A stretch of 64,000 nt of DNA from Chiloscyllium plagiosum (Eukaryota): the NCBI RefSeq assembly GCF_004010195.1, contig NC_057755.1:2415474-2479473 (forward strand), read 5' to 3'. How positions within the stretch are numbered: the first letter of the stretch is position 1; every line of letters starts with the position of its first letter. Positions 1-11,505 of the stretch are shown in pieces. The notes beneath the pieces were generated by a model, which was given only the letters and a program-made list of their open reading frames with translations, ran no database searches and had not been told where the DNA came from. The translations under genes were made by a program, and so were the position numbers.

Positions 1-179
1 ATTTTTCCACGCCTCAGTTAGGATGGGAACAGTACTGGGAAGAAATAATGTAAAAAACAAAACAACAACCTCACTGTCAGTCTCCATTGAGCAAATTTTG
101 GGATGATGCGAAAAGGTATTGTAGGTTTAGTGAGCTTAAATAGAACAACCCCCAAGGTCTGGAGAAATTGTAACCAACG

Positions 180-1660
180 AGACGAGGGAGAACTCTGTCC
201 CAAACCTTTAATTCCTCTCTGGTCACTGGGGAAATGCCAGAGGACTGGAGGGCAGCTGATGTTTCTCCAATTGTGATTGTCACATTGGTGCCTGGGAAAC
301 TATCGGAGGAAGTGCAGAAGGAGAGAGTGAATCCCCATTTTGAGAGGCAAGACTTGAACATGTACAATCAGCACAGCTCTGTCAGATGGGAGGGGGGAAT
401 TCCTCACAAATCTGGTGGAGTTTTAAGAGGAGGTGATCAAGTCGGTAGATGAAGGTAATGAATTGATCTAGTTTGTATGGATTTAACAAAGCCTTTAAAA
501 AGTCCCCACATGGCAGATTGACAATTAAAATAAAAACACATGTCATCCAGAGTAAATTAGCTGGTTGACTCAAAGATTGCTGCAGTTAGAGGAGGCAGGT
601 CGTGTTGGTAGAAGGCTGTGTAAGTGGAAACTTGCGTCCAGTGGTGGACCACAGGGATCAGTGCTGGGTCCCTTATTGGTTATGATAATCATAAATGATA
701 TTGATGTGTACGTGTGTGCATGTGTATTGGGGGGAGAGAGCAGGAAAGATGGTTGGGGATGATAAGTAAATTTGCAGATGATACAGATATTGCCTGGGTG
801 CTTGGCAGTGAGGAAAATCGACTTAGGTTGCGGACAGAAATAGTCAGATTGGTTGGATAGGTGAGATGGGCAGAGTAGTGGCAGATGGTATTTAATCCTA
901 ATAAATGTGAACTCATCACTTTGGCAGAAGTTACAAGACAAGGCAGTACGCAATGAATCGTAACACACTGGGAACATCAAAGGACCTAAACTATCTTGAT
1001 GTGCTTGTCAAAAAAATCCCTGAAAGTAGCAAGATGGGTTAATAGGAGCGTTAAGAAGGCACATAGCGTAGGCATAAATTATAAGAGTGAGATGTCCTGT
1101 TGGAGATGTACAGGATTTTGGTTCGGCCGCAGTTGGAGTATTCTGTGTGGTTCTGGTCACTGTACCATAGGGTGGATGAGGTTGCATTGCAGGGAGTGCA
1201 AAGGTGATTCAGTAGAATGTTGTTTGGGCTGCAGCAATTTAGCTGTAAAGAGGGAGGCTGGATAAACTGGGATTGCAGTATTTAGAACAGATATCAGCGT
1301 ATATAAGGCTATGAGGGACGTGGATAGGGTGAACGGAAAACAGTCGTTTCCCCTTAGCCGAGGGGCCAATAACATGGTGGCATGCTTTTGAGTTGAAAGG
1401 CAGGTGTTTAGGGAAGGACATGAGGAAAACTCTTCTCACCAAGAGGATGGTCGGGGCCTGCCATGCACTGACTGGGAGGGTAGTTCAGGCGAGAAACCTC
1501 ATAACATTGAAATATAACTTGCGCAAGTACTTGAAATGTCATAACATTCAAGGCCAGGGCCCAGTGCTAGGAAGTGGGACTGATGTAGATTTAGTGTAGT
1601 TTTAGCATGAAGGGCCAAAGGGCACCTTCTGTTCAATGGGATTCTATCATTCTGTAATTC
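180..1660 (+). mobile_element. Decayed CR1/HER1-type LINE, 3' half of ORF2 (reverse transcriptase) plus 3' end
   Basis: ORF fragments contain MPEDWRAADVSPI, GPQGSVLGPLL and KFADDT (aaatttgcagatgataca, ~768-785), all typical of CR1 RT. There are many stops and frameshifts, and a CR1-like tail near 1610-1660. Confidence 0.85.
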
Positions 1661-2182
1661 TGAAGGTTCAGAATCACTTTCTAGTTTGTTCCATTTTTTG
1701 AGGAAACATTTCCCAGTATAAGTTCCAGCTGTTGTTGTGGTCAGTATCACTTTCAGGTTCTGTATAACAGTGCTCATTCCCAGATAGAATTTCCCAAATG
1801 TGCTGTAAAACTGACTTAAGAAGGAAAGCAGTGGGATGACAGTGTGGAGTAGTACCGCTCTCAAGGAGCTCAACAATATGATGGATTGAATGACTGAACA
1901 ACATCAGCAAAGTGAAGGGCTTCACCGAAAAGAATATCAGAAAATATTTGGTTATTGATGGGGAGTGAGATAATATTTCAAGTATTGCTGTTTGAAGACA
2001 AGTTGCAAGTAACATTTGTCACCGAATATGATCAGATTGATCCAGTTTTTGGGGGAATCAAATGCAGATTTAAATTTCAATGATATCATATCATTAAAAT
2101 AAGCCTGTTGTCCTAATCTGTTTGTTCAAAATTATATTTAAAAAATACGTAATCACAGATTCCCAGTGGAGATACTACACAA

Positions 2183-2189
2183 TATAAAA
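2183..2189 (+). promoter_or_regulatory. Candidate TATA box of the GPCR gene
   Basis: TATAAAA lies about 100 bp upstream of the ATG at 2291. Support is positional only. Confidence 0.4.
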
Positions 2190-2290
2190 TAAAGTCTCTG
2201 GAACTGGGTCAGCTCCAACTCCGAAAGAATTCTCCAATTCCAGCACGTTGACAACAGCAGGAAGGGAGAGGTTGTTTCACAAACAACACA

Positions 2291-2357
2291 ATGAACCTGA
2301 CAAGGGAAATGGTCGCTAAAGTATATTACACCATCCTCGCTATTGTTGGTGTACCTG
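2291..2357 (+). CDS. GPR139-like: GPR139/GPR142-like class A GPCR, coding exon 1 (MNLTREMVAKVYYTILAIVGVP plus 1 nt, phase 1)
   Basis: ATG in ACAATG context. It encodes the N-terminus and first half of TM1 (YYTILAIVGVP) and ends at a canonical donor G|GTAAGT (2358). It splices in frame to 7552. It is too short to appear in the ORF track. Confidence 0.88.
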
Positions 2358-4599
2358 GTAAGTCTTGTTACAATTTAGTTTGTATAAATCCCTGCATTAT
2401 ATCAGATTCCTTTCCGCTCTATGAGTGATAATTATTTTATTTCAATTTAGTAAGGCAAATCCCGATGCCAGAGAATAGTGTTCTCACTGAGTTTAAAGCA
2501 AATAGTTTGTCAAATCGAAGACTCCTCAATAGTGTCTAGGATTGCTTGTTTCTCTATACTGTGGAGAATAGGTTGACACTGAGGCCACACTGATGGAGTT
2601 CGGCTGAGCACTGGCCCTGGCTGGTCTATAAAGTGTTTAGCAAGACCACTCTCTGTCTGTGGGAGTTCAGAACCTGCTATTGGTCAGTTGGGTTTTGTAA
2701 CAACCCACCTGTTAGTGATACCTGATCTTGCCCATTCCTTGATGTGAAGGGATTGTGTTGGTGGGTCTTGCTTCATGCAACAGGTGGTCAATGGAGAGTT
2801 GAGCAGGTGATTGTGGAGTGATAAGTGAAGGGCAGATGACCTTGATGATCTTGTGTGCTTTCCTTAGTCAGTGGATGTTGGAGAAAATAATTTTGTGAGT
2901 GCAGCTAATCAAGTTAGTATGAGTTCCAAATGTGTGATAAAAATGCACGTAGTTAACATTTCTAAACTAACTCTGTGGTGTAAGTCCTCAACTGAGAAAG
3001 GAAAATCTGTATCTGTAGTTCATACACACTCGACATTATCCAGTGATTGATTCGAATGCTGTGTACTGTTTATCCAGATCTCCAGGAATCACTCTGAATG
3101 AAGCTATTACTGGTCGTCGAATTGTACTGAATGGGGAATAACCTATTATTACTGTTGCCTCATGGTGCTGGGAGAATGTGTCATTGTAGAATTGTAAGGA
3201 GTGTGTGTAACTGCTCAGATATGAACTTCTGACCCAGTGTTGTTGCTTTTCTCGGGTATCTGTAAATGCAGCATTGCTGTAAGTGTGTAGCATGAACGGG
3301 GGGATATCCATGACCTCAATTGTAAATATTATTGGGCNNNNNNNNNNNNNNNNNNNNNNNNNNNNNNNNNNNNNNNNNNNNNNNNNNNNNNNNNNNNNNN
3401 NNNNNNNNNNNNNNNNNNNNNNNNNNNNNNNNNNNNNNNNNNNNNNNNNNNNNNNNNNNNNNNNNNNNNNNNNNNNNNNNNNNNNNNNNNNNNNNNNNNN
3501 NNNAACTGAATGAAAGGGAAGATTTGAATGCAGTTGTAACTAGGACAATAATTTGACTGAAACCTTGTGATGCTTCTTTTACATTACATATCTTATTTCT
3601 AATCTGTTCACTGATGGAGCTGTCAATGAAGATTGCAAACACAATGGATTACAAGTGGAAAAATCTTTGGTTGAATATGTTTGATACTAAGTTTACAAAG
3701 TGAAGTGTTCTATTGGGGATAAATAGGTGTGACAGAATAACAGAACAATGATGTGAATTGAATCAATTGTTCCATAGACATATAATGTTTCCTTAAATAA
3801 TATTTTTGGGAGTGATTAATCTTCCAGCAATGTTAGGTAGGCTGTAGGACATGACTACTCTCATTCATTATCTCGACGTTAATAAGGATTAGTTGCCACT
3901 ATTCCACCTCTGATTCTTATTAGATCAATTATTTGTTAAACTATGATCTTTCATCTATCCACAGTTAATGCTACACTGATCACTGCTTTATGATACATGC
4001 TCTCCTTGGTAGGAAGAGGATTTGATGAGGGCTGTGCTACAATCAGTTTTAAGGCAATCTAGAAAAATAAAATTGTTTCATCAAATAACTGCGTAGTACC
4101 TGCAATATTATGACTATGGTTAATAACTGTATTGAAAAGCATTACACAGAATTAACAGTACAGAAGACAGAATGTGGTACATTAAATACGGAAACTGTGA
4201 ATGAGACGTTAACCTGATCCGGTTTTACCCGCCATCTGTACACACTATATCACAAACAGAGCTAAAAAAGCCATTTTCAGAACTGTGAGCTTTTGCATGA
4301 TAATGACAACCAGTCAGACTCTGCCAGGTGTCTAATCACAATGATACATTGCACACTTTTGTTCCCTCACATCTGACATTCCAAAACAGCCACGTTCATC
4401 AAAGTGTGACAAACTCAGGATTGTCTTGCATTTACAGAAACAGTTATTACTTGTTCCTCAGTTATATTTGCCTACTTTTATACTTATGTTTTAATGACTG
4501 AAAAGAAATATTCGGCTCTTATATTATGTACACATATTCACAACAGCGAGCCCTCAAAGAACTGAACTCAATGAGATTAAGCTTGCTTCGGTATCAATC

Positions 4600-5580
4600 C
4601 TGAATTCAGGACAAGATAATTATGAAGGCCAATCATCTCAGCCATGGGACATCTCTGTAGGAATTCTTCAAGATCGTGTCCTAGACCCCAGAATAAAAAA
4701 TGCCTAATTTCTGCCCTTCCCTCCATCATCATTTCTGAGGTAAAGAGGTTTGCACATGGTCGTGCAATATGCAGCACCATTTACAATTCCTTAGATAATG
4801 CAGAGATCTGTGTCCATATAAAGTGTGATAAAATCGACATTGGACTGACAGTTGGAAAGTAACATTCACGCCCCACGAGCACCAAGGAACAACCGTCTCA
4901 AAAAGTGAGAATCTACCAATCTCCCATTGGCTTACTATGACGTTACCATCACTGAGTGCATGACCTGGGCCAACCTTTGACAAGAGAATGAACTGGTCTG
5001 GCCATAGAAGTGCTCTATGTCAGACACCCTGATTGCTGTGGCACTTACGCTGCCTGCCTCCATATCCAATCCATGTCCTCCATCCAGAAAGCCGATCTCA
5101 GTGCTGGAATGGAATGCTCTACTCGTATCTGGCTGAGTGCAACATTCACAGAGCTCCTCATTGTGCAGTACAAACAACCAATCACCACATTCAGTCCTCA
5201 CATTCTTCACCATGCATGACCAGAAATGGATACCACCTACAAGATGCAAACTAGGAATACCTCAACTCTCTTTCAAGAGCACCACGTAAACACATGACCC
5301 ATGATCAAGGGCTGCAGGTGAACAGAAACACTGTCACATGCAAGTTCCCTCTCAAAACAGATTTCATTCCAATTTGGAAATACAGTATATGGTTGTATCA
5401 TCACTGTTGCTGGGTAACATTTCTGCAATGTCCCTCCCAAAACACTGGAATTTCCTGCACTCCAGGCATTACAGATATTCAAAAAGTCAGATCTCCAGCA
5501 GCATCAAAATGGCGATTAGAGCTGGGCAATCAACATTGGCCTGGCTAAAGTTTACATTGCATGAGCACATTTATAAATGA
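4600..5580 (+). mobile_element. Old LINE remnant (CR1/L2 group), RT C-terminus and 3' UTR, inside the GPCR intron
   Basis: Resembles a common shark LINE 3' region (aacattcacgccccac..., cacctacaagatgca..., tgcaagttccctc..., gggcaatcaacattggcc). Its tail resembles the tail of the SINE at 6043-6536. Recognised from memory of the consensus. Confidence 0.55.
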
Positions 5581-6042
5581 TCGTGATTACCATCTCTTCA
5601 AGAAGGCATATCTGAACCCAAAGGGAGTTTGTGTTCCTGTACAGCACAGAACAGGAGAAATATACTAAGTGCAAGATTTGATGATGGTACTGAGGTCTTG
5701 CTGAATTCAGGGCATCCGTTATCCCAGAGGACAGTCCATGTCATGTCTTAATTGGCTGATTTCAATGAATGTTCAAACTCTCAAAGCCAAGAAACCGAGC
5801 CTTTTGCCTCAGTTATCTGTGCTGGGACCTGGTCTATGTTTTGGTGTTCCCTACTACAGAAAACTGTGATGAATCAAGTGAAGGATCTCTTATCTTCAAA
5901 AGTGGTTCAGCTTTGGGCGTTGCATATTGATGACAATCAATTCAGAGTTGGAATATTCATTCAATGGGATGCTGTAAAAAGGGGAGGAGTTGTCTATACT
6001 GGGGAGTTAGCTGTGTGTGGGGGATCTCCATTTTCTGTTATT

Positions 6043-6536
6043 CATTCAATGGATGTGGGTGTCACTGCCTTGGCCAGTAATTACCCCCATCCCTAATTGC
6101 TCAGAGGGCACGTCAGATTCCCCAGATTTACATGCTTTTGGAGTCACTTGTAGGCCAGGCCATGTTAGGATGAAAGATTATCTTCTCAAAGGGATATTTG
6201 TAAAGGAGATGTTTGTTTCTCATGACAGTTGACAACAGTTTAATGGTTACCATTAGACTGTTAAGTCCAGATTTTTATTGAACTCAGATTTAATTGTCTG
6301 CTATAGCAGACATGGAGTCTAGAGTGTATTGCTGGAAAAGCACAGCAACCGAGGAGCAGGAGAATCGACGTATTGGGCAAGAGCCCTTCATCAGGAATGA
6401 GGCCTCAAGCCTCTCAACTCTGATCTCCAGCATCTGCAGTCCTCACTTTCTCATATTAGACATTGAACCCAGCTCCCAGAACAAGTCTCTGAATTAATAG
6501 TCTCATATGATAAGACCACTTGGCCATCACCTCTCC
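6043..6536 (-). mobile_element. tRNA-derived SINE with LINE-derived 3' tail, interrupted by a PLE-derived insert
   Basis: The minus strand has an A-box-like TGGCCAAGTGG (~6516-6526) and a B-box-like GGTTCAATG (~6461-6469). The 3' tail resembles 5520-5580. Confidence 0.6.
6315..6452 (-). mobile_element. Short non-autonomous Penelope-like (pseudo-LTR) fragment with a degenerate hammerhead-like core
   Basis: The minus strand reads CTGATGA-A-GGGC-TCTT-GCCC-AATA-CGTCGATTC. 6425-6452 matches the reverse complement of 19465-19492 at 27/28 nt, and that segment is joined to a PLE RT fragment. Confidence 0.65.
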
Positions 6537-7551
6537 TAATGCTTGGCATTGGATTGAATGCTCAGAAGCAGCCTCTGATACCAAGCAATGGTACAATGTA
6601 TGGCTGTCCCAGAACAAGCTAGGGTACAATTCTGTTGACCTCCATGGAGAGTGCTGCTTTAACTCTGGCGATTCCTCACCACAGGTTTTGCTCCGAATCT
6701 GGGAGGAAGATCTCTGTTCACAAGGAGAACTGCAGGAGCCTGGACATCAGGCAGGAAGCTTTGCTTCATCTCATGAATTCCAAACCGGAAATTTGCAATG
6801 ACCAAAGCTGCATCAATTCAGATTTTACTTGAGTGGGGGCTGTGGTGTACAATCTTTAACATTATGGGGGAGTCCATACCAAATATTACCATTCTTCTGA
6901 TTGTAGGGGGTATCCAAACTGGGACATGGGGGTTGGATTCCCTGCTGAAAACTTCCATGTTTCAGATTGTCATTATGTTCAATCCTGTACAAGTGTGTGT
7001 GTGAGGGGGGGTGGGGAGGGGGTGGCGCTGGGAGGGTTAGCAGTTCAATACCCTATAATTTCTTCATTCACACTGTAGAGGGCATCCATTCCTGGACACT
7101 GGAAGAATTCGCTGCCCTGTACCATAGTTATGCAGTGTGGATGTCCAATTCTGAAAGCAGTCTGAGTTGTGGAGACTCCACAACCGAGTGCAGGAATTTT
7201 GTAATCGATGCCTGTGTTTGGTGTCTTCCATTCTTCATTGATCCCGGGTGGTGTTGTTTGGATGTTGTGATCTTATGAGCAACTCCAGCCAGTCAGAGTA
7301 AGCTGAAAAGCAGAATAAATTAATTATTGACTGCTCCAAAAATATTGAATACATAATCATGTTTCTAAAAGTCATTTGATCCTTATGTGATTACCTACAT
7401 TTTTTTAAAGTGAAAATAATTCATTTGACAGTGATAACTGCAATGGTTCAGACAATATGACATACAAACAACTTTGTGCTAAAACCATCCGGCACAGAGA
7501 ATATTTGATCAGTAACTTCATGTATTTTCTTTTTCTTTCTTTGCCTTTCAG

Positions 7552-8432
7552 TTAATCTAGCAGCGATTGCATTCTTAGCTGGGAACAAGAGTAGTCTTTC
7601 AACATGCACCACTCGCTATCTGGTCGCGATGGCCGTGTCTGATCTACTGTTTATTAGTTTTGAGGTCATACTTATTCGCTTTGCTTACTATTATTATCCA
7701 CGGTGTTTCCTGGACATCACTCCAGTTTGTAGTGTAAACTGGGCCCTGACTGACTTCACAGTTGATTGTTCTGTCTGGTTCACTGTTGCTTTTTCTTTTG
7801 ATCGATTTGTTGCCATTTGTTTTCATCAGTTAAAATCTCAGTATTGCACAGAGAAAACTGCGAAGAGAGTTCTGGCAACAATCTGTATTTTCTTTTCTGT
7901 AAAGAACATTCCCAACTATTTTCGACTTGAACCTGGAAGGATTATCGACAATGTTCCGTGGTATTGTTACACCAGTTACAATTACTTTAATGATCATTTG
8001 TGGGTGAGTTTTAAATATATTGAATCATTTATAACACCACTTCTTCCATTCATTTTGATTCTCTTTCTCAATGTTCTGACGGTCAGACACATCTTCGAGT
8101 CCAATAAGGCGCGTAAGGGACTGAGGTGTCAGACAAAAACAGAGAATGACCCAGAGATAGAGAGCAGAAAGAAATCTGTGACTTTACTGTTTGCTATATC
8201 TGCCAGCTTCATACTGCTCTGGTCGGTGTATATTATATATATATGTGATATCGGTTATTACGTGAGTGATTTTTATCTCTTTGAACAAGTTGCTTATATG
8301 CTGCGGAACCTCAGTTGCTGCACCAATGCAATGATTTATGTGGTGACACAGAAAAACTTCAGAGGCCAGATAAAGTATGCAGTGAAATATCCAGTTATAA
8401 AAATAATTCAATTGATTAATAAATCCAAGTAA
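7552..8432 (+). CDS. GPR139-like: GPR139/GPR142-like class A GPCR, coding exon 2 (TM1 end to stop); spliced CDS 948 nt, 315 aa
   Basis: A long polypyrimidine tract and TTTCAG acceptor end at 7551. The exon reads (V)NLAAIAFLAGNKSSLSTCTTRYLVAMAVSDLL and continues into ORF 7629..8432. Motifs: TM2 AxxD, TM3 SFDRFVAIC, TM5 TPLLPF, TM6 SVTLLFAISASFILLW, TM7 CCTNAMIY, helix 8 TQKNFR. No internal stops. Confidence 0.92.
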
Positions 8433-8752
8433 CTGAGAGTCATTATGAGCTGCAGCAGACAATGGAATAAGGAGTTCACGTGAGAAATGGCCCGAAAGGA
8501 GAAGGAGGAGCAGCAACATGATAACACTCCCTTTCAAATGGGAAAGGACTGATAAAAAGATAACCAAAAGAGGAATTAGGCATGCCAAAAAAGACTCAAT
8601 CCCAGCAATCAGTTCACAGCAAGTAACCCAGATACATTTAATAACAGACCTGTAGGAAAGGACCATCGTTCACTGCAGGGTAAATCGCAATGTCAGGCTC
8701 CTGTTCACTCTTCCTCATGGAATTCTCTGATCCACACATCTCAACAAAAGTA

Positions 8753-8758
8753 AATAAA
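8753..8758 (+). promoter_or_regulatory. Candidate polyadenylation signal for the GPCR gene
   Basis: AATAAA about 320 bp after the stop codon, followed by T-rich sequence. Confidence 0.4.
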
Positions 8759-9039
8759 AGAAAAGTTTCAACTCCAGTTTTTGATTAGAAATGTATTTTC
8801 AGCAAAACTTTGTTGAGTACCATTCAGCTCCCCCCCCCCCCCCCATCCTGATGCTGATATCAGACTTTATTCTATTTTTTCAGCTACTGTGTCGATGGGG
8901 AATCCAAGGCCCAATCAGAGGGATCTGAAGCTCGGGAATGGGATGTGGGAGATGTGCCAATATCCTCCGTGCTTCTATGAAGAGGTTTTGTGCCTTTCAC
9001 TAACTCCACCGAGCTCAGCGGGAACTGGCTCTGGACGAA

Positions 9040-9330
9040 GCCTGTTCGCTTGTGGCTTCATAATGGAGCCTGAGATCAGTTCAATCTGCATCATCACCAA
9101 GGTGATTGTTTCCATCTGTAACACAGCTCCTAAACCCATCCCCCTGCCTCACAGCTCATCATCGAGTAACAGCCATCCATTCCACTGTTACCTCTGGCCC
9201 TTGTATTCCCGCGCCATATCAGTCCAACATCAGATTGTAAACTCCATACATTTACTTTGTCCAAATTTCTTCCAATGTCCTGCTTTGCTTTTTCAACAAA
9301 TTCCATTTCGTGACCATCCACTGACCACAG
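9040..9330 (+). mobile_element. Highly decayed L2-like LINE remnant
   Basis: Degenerate echoes of L2 RT C-terminal motifs (FHLxNxA, IHxxVTS) at ~9110-9210. Confidence 0.35.
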
Positions 9331-9546
9331 TGATCTACACAATCATGTTGTCCTCCAAATTCTCAAATTTACATTGCACTCGTCTAAACGAAATATTTCA
9401 AAGTCACCCATTGATTTATTTGTTTTCTTGGTCGGGTGTACGTCATGTTTTGTAAAATCTCTATGGAAGTGTTGATGTTCTACTCTGGTGTAATATTATC
9501 AGCTGGTGTGATAGTCAAAGAAATGATAGATTTCCTAGAATTAAGC

Positions 9547-10445
9547 CATAGAGTTCAAAGAGACGTACAGCATGGAAATAGACCCTTCGGAGAACCCGTC
9601 CATGCCGACCAGTTATCCTAACATAATCTAGCCCTCTAAACCCTTCTTATTCATTCACTATCACATCTAGAAGCCTTTTAAATGTTGAAATTGTACCAGC
9701 CTCCATCACTTCCTCTGGCAGCTCATTCCATGCACACACCACCCTCTTCATGAAAGAGTTGCTCCTGATGTCCCTTTTACATTTATCCCCTCTCATCCTA
9801 AACCTTTGCCCTCTAGTTGTGATCTCCCCCATCCTAGAGAAAGTGCCTTATATATTCACCATATCTATGCACCTCAAGAATTTATAAACATCTATAACGT
9901 CACCCCTCATTCTCTGACACTCCAGGGAAAACATCCCCAGCCGATACAGTCCCTCAGTATAGCTCAAATCCCCCAACCATGGCAACATCCTTGAAAATCT
10001 TTTCTGAACCCTTTCAAGTTTCAGAACATCCTTCTGATAGGAAGGGGACGAGAATTGCACACAATATTCCAAAAGTCGCCTAACCAATGGTCTGTACAGC
10101 CGCAACATGACCTCTACTCCTACACTCAATATTTTGATTCATAAAGGAAGGTATTCCAAATGCCTGCTTCACTACCCTATCTACCTGTGACTCCACGTTC
10201 AAGGAACTTTGAACCTGCACTCCAAAGTCTCTTTGTTCAGCAACACTCCTGAGGACCTTACCATGAAGTGTATAGGCCTTTCTCCGATTTGCCTTTCCAA
10301 ACTGCAGCACCTCACATTTATTGAAATTAATCTCCGCTCCTCAGCCCATTGGCCCATCTGATTAAGATCCAGTTGTACTTCTAAGTAACCTTCTTTGCTG
10401 TCCACTACACCTCTAATTTTGGCGTTATCTGCAAGCAGACTAACT
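9547..10445 (-). mobile_element. 5'-truncated CR1/HER1 LINE
   Basis: Minus-strand ORFs contain LADNAKIRGVVDS, LYRPLVRRLLEYCVQFSSP, LERVQKRF and RVVCAWNELP. The 3' UTR ends near 9547. Confidence 0.9.
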
Positions 10446-10464
10446 AGAGCTCCTAAGATCAGGC

Positions 10465-10563
10465 TCATTCTGATGGGGGGCTTTTTGTTTGAAACATAGA
10501 TTCTCCAGCTCCTTGGACGCTGCCTGACCTGCTGTGCTTTTCCAACACCACACTCTTGACTCC
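10465..10563 (+). mobile_element. Short PLE-derived pseudo-LTR fragment with a degenerate hammerhead-like core
   Basis: CTGATGG...GAAAC followed by ...GCTGCCTGACCTGCTGTGCTTTTCCA. Same family as 6315-6452 and 54428-54507. Confidence 0.6.
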
Positions 10564-10854
10564 AATGTTCACATCTCAGTCATGCAAGGACAAAGTGAAA
10601 TGGCAGGGAAGAATGCCAGAAACAATACCAACTCTGACAATGTGGTCAATCCTGCGTGACTGAGCTGTGTTCATTTCTGGACTCCCTCTCTCAGTCCTTC
10701 CGATTACCCAACTCCTTCTCCAAATTAAAATACTCCTTAAAATTTACCTCCTGGAACAAGTTATTGCCAAATGACCTAATATCACCTTCAATGAATCAAC
10801 ACCAACTCTATGTAAGTTGATATAATAAATGTCTTTTTTAAATACGTTTTCAGA

Positions 10855-11505
10855 GGCATAGAATTGTATAGCATGGAAATAGACCCTTAGGTCCAACTCA
10901 TACACACCAGCCAGATATCCTGATGTCATCTGATGCCATTTGCCAGCATTAGGCCTATGTTCCTCGAAACCATATTTTATTCAGATACCCATCCAGATGC
11001 CTTTTAAATGCTGTAATTGTACCAGTATCCACCAATTCTTCTGGCAGTTCATTCCATACACGTAAAACACTCCATGTGAGAAAGTTACCCCTCAGGTTCA
11101 TTTTAAACCTTTCCTCTCTCACCTTAAATCTGTGCCATCTAGTTTTGGACTCCTCTCCACTAGAAAAGGATTTTGTTTATTCACCCTATTCCTTATGATT
11201 TATTAAGGGATTCACAATCTCTTATGATTTTAGAAACCTCTATAAGGTCACCCCTCAGCCTTTGTTGCAAAAGAGAAAGCAGCCCCAGCCTGTTCAGCCT
11301 TTCCCTGTAGCTCAAACTCTCCAATCCCAACAACATCCTTGTCAATCTTTCTGAACCATTTCAAGTTTAACAACATCTTTCCTTTAACAGGGAGACCAGA
11401 ATTGAACGTACCTCACATTTATCGAAATTAAACTCTATCTGCCACTCCTAAGTCCATCGGCCTATCTGATCAAGGTCCCATTGTAATCTGGCATAACCTT
11501 CTTCA
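10855..11505 (-). mobile_element. CR1/HER1 LINE 3' fragment with an internal deletion near 11410
   Basis: Collinear with the 9547-10445 copy, but jumps from gagaccagaattgaacg to cctcacatttat. Confidence 0.85.

Noticed and set aside
3283..3642. ORFs spanning N runs (also at 17278, 21814, 26252, 40427, 45891 and 62506)
   Set aside because: Their length comes from X residues across assembly gaps.
7629..8432. Single-exon 267-aa GPCR starting at ATG 7629
   Set aside because: It would lack TM1. The frame extends upstream to an acceptor at 7551 and joins exon 1 at 2291-2357.
8184..8666. 160-aa antisense ORF overlapping the GPCR 3' end
   Set aside because: It is a shadow ORF with no recognisable homology.
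8889..9455. 188-aa ORF downstream of the GPCR
   Set aside because: No recognisable domain, and it overlaps a probable decayed L2 remnant.
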